The notes below the pieces were generated by a model. The model searched no databases. It was given only the letters and a program-made list of their open reading frames with translations, and was not told the DNA's origin. A stretch of 64,000 nt of DNA from assembly GCA_943349725.1 (NCBI GenBank), contig CALQZP010000001.1:5401-69400 (forward strand), written 5' to 3'. The DNA comes from Candidatus Nomurabacteria bacterium. Its GTDB lineage: Bacteria > Patescibacteriota > Minisyncoccia > Phycocordibacterales > UBA10002. Shown piece after piece: positions 57,519 to 64,000 of the stretch. How positions within the stretch are numbered: position 1 is the stretch's first letter; every line of letters begins with the position of its first letter. The position numbers and the translations under genes were made by a program.

Positions 57519-59096
57519 TTAGGGGAGCTTCTCTCCCCTCAGTACTGCTTTAATGACGTGGGCCAGCTCATTTTTGAGCTTCTTCTCGGTTTTCTTCACC
57601 GCTTCTTTAAGGCCTTCTTTAAGACCAGAGATGTTTCCGGTTGTTTTCTGTCCGCCTTGCGTTGAAACATCTGCTTCTATAGGTTTTGTCTGTTGCGCGG
57701 ATGAGATTGACGCGGTGGGGGTAGTATCATTTCCACTCTTCTGGTTCCCTGGGGAGCTTGTGGCGGTTTGAGCCGCTCCATTTGTTGTTGCTCCCGCAGG
57801 AGTCTGGGTTGGCGCACTTCTTTTTTCTTCAGGCTTACTATTTTGAGTTTGCGGAATAGGTTGTGGTGCTGTTTGTGCGGGAGGCGGTGTGTTTTGTGTT
57901 TGCGCTGGTGCGGGTGAAGCAGTGGCCGGTGCTCTCGTAGGAGTTGTTTGTGCTGGAGGCGTGGTTGCTTGTGGTTTTGTTTCGGTAGGTTGCGGTAAGG
58001 AGGTTTCAGCACCCTTTGCTTGAGCTCCCTGCGGACGTGCAGGCGGTTTCTGGCTTTGTGGAAGCGGTGGTGGGCTTGGTCTCCTCGGTGCGCTGTTTTC
58101 TGGTGACGGTGTTGATACAGGAGCCGTTCCAGGTTCTTGTCTAGCGGGTTCCGGGCTCGACTTATTCGCTGTAGGTGCCTGCCCTAATGGAGTTGGCGGG
58201 GGTTGTACTGTGGAAACTTTCGGACTCTCCCGCTTTGTTTCTGGTGCTTCTGCCTGCGAAGGTGACCGTGGAGTCTGCACTGTGTCGGAGCTGTGCGGTG
58301 CCATTTCCGCGGTTGAGTTTTGCGGTGGAACAATCGGAGATTGTGGTTGTCTAAACACCGGCTGTGCGCCAATGTCCTGATTTGGTGTTGCAGAAGGAGC
58401 TTGCCCCGTGGAAGAGTCTTGGTGGCGTGCAGGATGGTTAGCAGTTACGGGGCTTGAAGCGCCTCCCGTTTCGGCGACACGGTGAGTTTGCTGTGTACTT
58501 TCTTGTCCCCCATGCGATACGCTTCCCGCACTCCCCACAGCACCTCCGCTTGTTGCCTCGGTTGCCTGTGGAGCGCGAAGGTTAAGAGTGTTGTGTGTTT
58601 CTCCTCCACCACCCTCCTTCTTTTCCGCTTTATCCGCTTTCTCACTCTCCGACCTTTGAGAATGAGCGAGACTTAGACCTCCCTGCGTCCTCGCTGCGAG
58701 AGCCTTTGATGCTAGGGTACCAAGTGGCCCCGCTTTCTCTAGCAGTTCCTCGGCACGTGTCGTCGCGAAGAGCACAAGTACCGCTACGGTCCATGTGGGT
58801 AAGATTCCGCCAATGGGTACGACTTTGACAAGAAGCGCCAGCGGGAATGTCATAATACGCTTCACGCCAACGAAATTTACGCCGTGCAATTTGAACCACA
58901 CATAGAAGGTGAGCCATGCCCAGATAGAAACCAGCACACCAACCATGAGGTTTATTGTGGAAGTAAGCAAATTCAAAAGCGGGATAAAGTCCAGCAATTT
59001 CGGGGCAGCAACTATAACATCAAACAGCAGTGCAACCGCTCCCATAAGCACAATTGTGGGAATGCTGATTCTGTGTTTTGCGGGGGTTGAGGGCAC
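57519..59096 (-). CDS. membrane protein with long Pro/Thr/Gln-rich low-complexity tail
   Basis: TM N-terminus followed by ~350 aa disordered region. Confidence 0.7.
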   Translation of the reverse strand: MPSTPAKHRISIPTIVLMGAVALLFDVIVAAPKLLDFIPLLNLLTSTINLMVGVLVSIWAWLTFYVWFKLHGVNFVGVKRIMTFPLALLVKVVPIGGILPTWTVAVLVLFATTRAEELLEKAGPLGTLASKALAARTQGGLSLAHSQRSESEKADKAEKKEGGGGETHNTLNLRAPQATEATSGGAVGSAGSVSHGGQESTQQTHRVAETGGASSPVTANHPARHQDSSTGQAPSATPNQDIGAQPVFRQPQSPIVPPQNSTAEMAPHSSDTVQTPRSPSQAEAPETKRESPKVSTVQPPPTPLGQAPTANKSSPEPARQEPGTAPVSTPSPENSAPRRPSPPPLPQSQKPPARPQGAQAKGAETSLPQPTETKPQATTPPAQTTPTRAPATASPAPAQTQNTPPPAQTAPQPIPQTQNSKPEEKRSAPTQTPAGATTNGAAQTATSSPGNQKSGNDTTPTASISSAQQTKPIEADVSTQGGQKTTGNISGLKEGLKEAVKKTEKKLKNELAHVIKAVLRGEKLP

Positions 59097-59212
59097 GATT
59101 GTAAAGAAGCTTTTAGCTACTAGGTTTTAGGTTCTAGGAGCAGAATAGGAGCAGAAAGCGTAGCATCCGAGGCACTTCCTGTTGCTAGAAGCTAGCACCT
59201 AGAAGCTTGCGG

Positions 59213-62200
59213 CTATTCCTTCCCTTCCGCCGCCTTCAGCTCATCCTTTGCAGCCTTGATGGAGAGGAGTTGCGACGGGTCGGAGGTAATGATTTGGTCT
59301 TCGGTATAGGAAGCAATGATTTTGATGGCGACATGCTTGAGGCCCACGAAGAAGAGCCCCTCCCCTACGTCAGATTCAAGCAGGAGATATTTCTCTTCAT
59401 CCGTTAGGCTGAAAATAGTTTGGAGCTTGTCCACCACCGTTGGCGATTGCTTGAGGAGCATCTGCATTGAGGAGTTGGTGAGAATGGGGAGTCCATAGGG
59501 CGACTTCAAAAAGTCGTCCACGTCTTGAGTAATAGTAGAAAGACCGAGGTAGTATTTGCGTCCACGTTTCGCAAGGCCAAGAAGGAACGAAGCGGTGTCC
59601 TCCGATTTCATCATCCACCACGCCTCATCAATCACCATCAAACGTTTCTTGAGCTCCTTTCTGATGGAGTTCCAGATGAAGTGCATTACGATATACATTG
59701 CGGCAGGCTTCAGCTCATCTTCCATATCGCGGAGTGAAAAGACGATAAAGTTTGAATTGATGTCCACGTTTGACGGTTGGTTGATAAAGCCCGCCCACGT
59801 GCCGTGCGTATATTTGGAAAGACGCTGTACAAGCGACTCGGCTCCTTGGATTCCCGCAAGCACCAATTCAAAGTCGGAAAGAAGCGGTGGCTCTATTTTT
59901 GAGAAATCAGAGTCGGGAGTAATGTCCTTCAGCGCGTAAGTTTCGGCAATGGCGCGGTCAATCATCGCGTCTTCCTCCGCGGAAAGCCCTCCGAGGAGAA
60001 TGCGAAATAGTCCCACCAGGTTGATGATGTTTGAGCGTAGCACGTCAGCCGGAGATTCGTCTTCTCTTGGGGGCGCAAGCTCAAAAGGGTTGATATGGTG
60101 CTCCGAGTTGAGTGAGATGTTGAAGTATTTTCCGCCTGTTGCCTCCGCGAGGTATTCATACTCGCGTTCGGGGTCAATGACAATCACGTCCGTGCCGAAC
60201 ATCAGTGAGCGCAAAATCTCAAGCTTGGTCATATACGAGTTATGCACGAACATACCGCCATATCCCGCTAAGAATACTTCGTTATCCACCGTTAAATCAT
60301 AGACATATCGTTCCGTTTTGTTTGTGAAAGGTTCAATCGCCACAATCTCGTCCCACGCGAGGTCTGCAGTCGCCAACTTCTCCAGTCGCACGAGTAGCTC
60401 CCGCACACGAGGAATGTTGTTGCATAAGGAATGGTAACGGGCAGAAATGAAGGAGGACGCCTGCGTCAGCATTTCATAAGAGGTGTTGGCTTCAGGGTGG
60501 ATATGAAGGGCTGTTCGAAGTGAAGGGTTATGATACTTCATTGGCTCGCCTAAGAATTCGAATCCCTCGCTTATCGCTTCTTTGAGCTCGGGTAGTCTGG
60601 GTACGTCAATTCCCATACAGGAAAGAGCGGTAACGGCATTTGCCATTCCGGGCATCTTTCCTTTTTTCATTGTCGCAAAGCTTGAGCCGAGTTCTTTCCA
60701 TAGCAGGGCGTTTACGGCTTTGCTCTGCTTTGCCACTTTTATAATATCCGCAATGGTAGGCAATCCAGTGAGAACCCTGAAAAGAGCCCGCTTTGATTCA
60801 ATGTCCCGTATCACCATTCGTATGTCGGCAATGACTAGTTTTAACTGCCTCGGTGATGGGTTAAAGACACCACGTTTGAGGGGACTCCAATTCTTTCGGC
60901 CACGCATCGCTTTGCCGAGAAGCGCGTCAATTTCTTGAAAGAGTGGAGGAAGTCCGGGAATGATATCTACATTCGTATTTTCGGCTCGCTTCAATGTAAG
61001 CAACATCCCTTTTTTTCGTTCCGATATGAAATTGATATGTTCTCGAAATGACGACAGATTCTTCTGCCCCGATATGGTGAGCAACGAATAGTCCTCCTTA
61101 GATTTTCCGGGTATGAGCTTTTTCCTTACCGCCAAACGACTGATGACGCCAAAGTTATACAGCAAGTAGCAGAGGTCGGAGGTAAGCATTCTTGATTTTG
61201 AGACTGCGGTTATGGTCGGTCCGTCCACTCCGCCGTCACCCTCAAAATAGGCAGAGAGGAAAGCCGTCTGCGCGTTTCGTGGGCTTTCAAAAATGATGGA
61301 AGGAACTCGTTTGGTTGCCGATTTTTCTTGTAATCCGATTATGGCGAGAAACTTTACGAAAATAATATCGCTTATAACCACACTTTTCGGTGTAAGGAAA
61401 TGTTGCACTTCCAAAGTGGTAAGAGCCGTACAAACGTCCTGTATCACTTCAGGGTCAATGTTGCTTATAATCGCAACCTTCTTTCCTATAGTCCCTTCGG
61501 ACACCAAATACCCAAGTATTTTTGCAAGTGCGGGAGTGACGGTATAGAACGCGGGTAGCTTTCCTGTCCCGCTCGCGGAGATAATGAAGCACTGTGCTAG
61601 GCGAGCGTCGGTTATCTCAAGAGAAAGGCAGGCAAGTAGTTTGCGAAAATAGGAGATTGGTACGCGCCTTCCGGCGGCATACTTGTAAAGATAGCGGTCA
61701 AATCGTGAGTCAATAACCTCTGTCCTAAGCAAGCGTCTGTATTCCACCATAAGCGGTGCGACTCCGGTAACATATACACGCGAGTCCGCCATATGTTTTA
61801 GTAGATTGAGTGTGAGTGGAGAGGTTGTGCCGTTCTTTACTTCTCGTGGCAAGGGTACATATTCACCTAGACCGATATCCGCGCTCTTGGTGGCAACCAC
61901 TTCTCCCTTCCGAAGCACCAGCATATTATGGTCGCCTGTAGTTTCCACCACACGACCACTGCGAGTTTTGAAACGGTACAGTTCTTGCGGAGCGTCTTTT
62001 CGTGCCGCAACCGTTACTCTGCTCCACGTGCCCTTCATCTCTTTATCAAAGCTCCATACTTCAAGTCCTGGGTCAATAACCCCTTCTAGTTCGTGGTCAA
62101 TTTGCATCACCCCACGTTCCAAAATTGCTTCCTCAACAATATCCCCGATCGGCCGAAGTAACACTCGGTCATTTTTTCGCATGAGCACAGGTTCGTGACC

Positions 62201-63016
62201 AAGAATGCTCTTGCCCGAACCTGATTTAGCTAGGGTGATTGAGTTGTAGTTCTCCAAACTGAAGCGGTCAAAGAGAACAAGGGAAGCGTTGTGACGGTTG
62301 ATGCCGTAGAGAATGCCCTTGTTGGAAGTAAGGTCAAACGAGAGAAACGGAAACACGCTTGAAAGTGGAGAAGAGTTGAGCTTCGTGTGCACCATAAGCT
62401 CGTCGTTGCCAAGCGGAGAGGTGGAACGAAATCCTTGCTCCTGCTGAAAGAGAGCCGGTTTCATAATGACGAGTTTGCTTTCAAGAAGCGAGCGTATTTC
62501 ACTCTCGGTCTTATCAAGCTCGTTCTCATCTCCCGCATAGATGGTGAGATAAATACCGACATCAAAAAGCTTTTCCTGCGCCTGCAGAAGGTCATCACGA
62601 AGTTTCTCAAGGTCTTGGTAGGCTGTCTCAAGCATCGGGTCGCGTACGAGCCCCTTCTTCTCACGGTCCGCCATTTGACTCTGGACCTCCGCTACTTTTT
62701 TCTGGAAGGTGCGCAGTACCTTGGCGGTATCCACCGGGTGAATAAAGATACTGATGTCAAAAACCTTATCAAGATTGATAATGGGCGCGAACCAGCCTTC
62801 GGTGAGGTAACGGGGGTAGGAAATGACAAAGAATGTTCGCGTCATCTTCCCGCTCACGTTGAGCGACTTCGCCTCTATCTTGAGAGCCGCGGGGGCGATG
62901 ACATCTTGGAGTTCAAGCGTGCCAGATTGGTAAATCTGCTCGGGGAGAAATTCCGCGATATCCTTGTCCGCTTTTTTCTTGTTGAAGAAATTAAAAAACC
63001 CCATAATGTTTACCAA
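59213..63016 (-). CDS. VirB4-like (DUF87) ATPase containing an intein
   Basis: YGINRHN, Walker A AKSGSGK|S, IDPEREY, Walker B IDEAW, RGRKY. Confidence 0.9.
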   Translation of the reverse strand: MVNIMGFFNFFNKKKADKDIAEFLPEQIYQSGTLELQDVIAPAALKIEAKSLNVSGKMTRTFFVISYPRYLTEGWFAPIINLDKVFDISIFIHPVDTAKVLRTFQKKVAEVQSQMADREKKGLVRDPMLETAYQDLEKLRDDLLQAQEKLFDVGIYLTIYAGDENELDKTESEIRSLLESKLVIMKPALFQQEQGFRSTSPLGNDELMVHTKLNSSPLSSVFPFLSFDLTSNKGILYGINRHNASLVLFDRFSLENYNSITLAKSGSGKSILGHEPVLMRKNDRVLLRPIGDIVEEAILERGVMQIDHELEGVIDPGLEVWSFDKEMKGTWSRVTVAARKDAPQELYRFKTRSGRVVETTGDHNMLVLRKGEVVATKSADIGLGEYVPLPREVKNGTTSPLTLNLLKHMADSRVYVTGVAPLMVEYRRLLRTEVIDSRFDRYLYKYAAGRRVPISYFRKLLACLSLEITDARLAQCFIISASGTGKLPAFYTVTPALAKILGYLVSEGTIGKKVAIISNIDPEVIQDVCTALTTLEVQHFLTPKSVVISDIIFVKFLAIIGLQEKSATKRVPSIIFESPRNAQTAFLSAYFEGDGGVDGPTITAVSKSRMLTSDLCYLLYNFGVISRLAVRKKLIPGKSKEDYSLLTISGQKNLSSFREHINFISERKKGMLLTLKRAENTNVDIIPGLPPLFQEIDALLGKAMRGRKNWSPLKRGVFNPSPRQLKLVIADIRMVIRDIESKRALFRVLTGLPTIADIIKVAKQSKAVNALLWKELGSSFATMKKGKMPGMANAVTALSCMGIDVPRLPELKEAISEGFEFLGEPMKYHNPSLRTALHIHPEANTSYEMLTQASSFISARYHSLCNNIPRVRELLVRLEKLATADLAWDEIVAIEPFTNKTERYVYDLTVDNEVFLAGYGGMFVHNSYMTKLEILRSLMFGTDVIVIDPEREYEYLAEATGGKYFNISLNSEHHINPFELAPPREDESPADVLRSNIINLVGLFRILLGGLSAEEDAMIDRAIAETYALKDITPDSDFSKIEPPLLSDFELVLAGIQGAESLVQRLSKYTHGTWAGFINQPSNVDINSNFIVFSLRDMEDELKPAAMYIVMHFIWNSIRKELKKRLMVIDEAWWMMKSEDTASFLLGLAKRGRKYYLGLSTITQDVDDFLKSPYGLPILTNSSMQMLLKQSPTVVDKLQTIFSLTDEEKYLLLESDVGEGLFFVGLKHVAIKIIASYTEDQIITSDPSQLLSIKAAKDELKAAEGKE
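60239..62209 (-). mobile_element. intein with LAGLIDADG endonuclease (657 aa)
   Basis: Starts SILGHEPV after GSGK; block B TTGDH; LGYLVSEG/FLSAYFEGDG; YVYDLTV..FVHN|S. Confidence 0.92.
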
Positions 63017-63045
63017 TCAACTAATCTGTACCAATCTACTAATAC

Positions 63046-63480
63046 CTACGAATCTGACTCTCCTGGCTTGCGTGCCCCGTAGGCAACGCGGATAACACGG
63101 TGAGATCGAACATAAGTTCCTCCGAAATTAACAATGATACCCAATTGAATACCGGTTGCTTGCAAGTATCGCTGTATCTGATCATAATCCCCACTCGCCA
63201 CAAAAGGTTTCGCTTTCAATTCTAAGATGATCTTATCTTCAATTAAGAAGTCAAGAATGTTGTTCGTATCTCCAATTCTAAGCTCTCGCTTGTAGGTGAT
63301 GCCGTTTTCTTTGAGTTTTTGCTCCAGTAAGTCCGCGTATTGTTTTTCTCGAGAAAACTTTCCGATTTCATTATGAACAGTGTAACAGAGACCAACCATA
63401 TCGAAAGAAAGGTCGGGATAGAGAAGTCCTAGTCCTTTTTTCGCGTTCTTATTTGTAGGTATTTGCAGATTGGTGTTCAT
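63046..63480 (-). CDS. GxxExxY family protein
   Basis: VHNEIGKFSREKQY, DFLIEDKIILELKA, QIQRYL..GIIVNFG. Confidence 0.88.
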   Translation of the reverse strand: MNTNLQIPTNKNAKKGLGLLYPDLSFDMVGLCYTVHNEIGKFSREKQYADLLEQKLKENGITYKRELRIGDTNNILDFLIEDKIILELKAKPFVASGDYDQIQRYLQATGIQLGIIVNFGGTYVRSHRVIRVAYGARKPGESDS

Positions 63481-63494
63481 TCGTAGATTGGTAT

Positions 63495-64000
63495 TTAATT
63501 AGTAGATACGGTTTTTTCCGTCTCCCCCGGATTGAACAGCTGATAAAAGAGATCTACTACCTCCTCGGTCCCGAGTTGTGCAACCCTGACACCTGTTCGT
63601 ACCAATCCTTGTTCCACAACCGACACACGCTGTTCAAGCTGGGTACGTTGTTCGTCAAAGCTCTTCTGTTTTTCCGCTTCCGTATGCTTCCCTCCCCCGA
63701 ACCCGTCTTTAATACGCATCGTGATACCCCCGGCTCCACTGCTCAAATCTACGATGGCGGACGAGTAGGGCACGACAATGAAGAAACTCTTGTTCATAAT
63801 GTTCGTCCCCTCGGTAAATTTCTTGATGAAACCGATGTACTCGTGAGTCTGCAATTTAAGCAGTTCGTTCTTCTGACCTTTCAGACGCTCTTCAAGCGTC
63901 GCGATATACGGCCTGATATTGAACCGTCGAGACTGGACCACAATTTGTGTGGAAAAGTCTAGCGAGTTTAAGAAGTTTTGAAATTGGGAAATGATGGCCT
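63495..64000 (-). CDS. TraC-like accessory protein of the VirB4-like cluster (5'-truncated)
   Basis: FQNFLNSLDFSTQIVVQSRR..KSFFIVVPY; open to the window edge. Confidence 0.75.
   Translation of the reverse strand, partial: AIISQFQNFLNSLDFSTQIVVQSRRFNIRPYIATLEERLKGQKNELLKLQTHEYIGFIKKFTEGTNIMNKSFFIVVPYSSAIVDLSSGAGGITMRIKDGFGGGKHTEAEKQKSFDEQRTQLEQRVSVVEQGLVRTGVRVAQLGTEEVVDLFYQLFNPGETEKTVSTN

Noticed and set aside
1-64000. Recoded stop codon (code 25) or rRNA genes
   Set aside because: Core genes are full length in code 11 and some end in TGA; no rRNA-like sequence seen

Overview
Chromosomal window of a Patescibacteria/CPR (Parcubacteria-like) bacterium, inferred from gene content, mostly leaderless genes, heptamer tandem tracts and a VirB4-like/pilin cluster. 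It spans the replication origin (dnaN-oriC-dnaA-rpmH-rnpA-yidC-jag) and housekeeping genes (rpsT, ruvA/B/C, polA, holA, tyrS, murE, tsaE, PBP1A, pyrD/pyrC), two tRNAs, three TA loci, a free-standing LAGLIDADG endonuclease and a 657-aa intein. Main observations: (1) Two minus-strand arrays of GC-rich, SD-led orphan genes (8650-10485 and 29184-36534). Each has a consensus sigma70 promoter, a boxA-like element, a homologous structured leader RNA, modular hairpin spacers with a shared GGGTTA-hairpin-CTTTATT-hairpin pattern, and a terminator. One gene with its flanks occurs in both arrays, and no integrase, RT or Cas gene is visible. (2) A DGR TR/VR pair (21 of 24 mismatches at TR adenines) with no RT or avd in the window. 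(3) A ~650-nt structured RNA carrying an antisense GIY-YIG ORF ahead of array 2. (4) A 6S-like RNA candidate. All counts, alignments and folds were done by eye.
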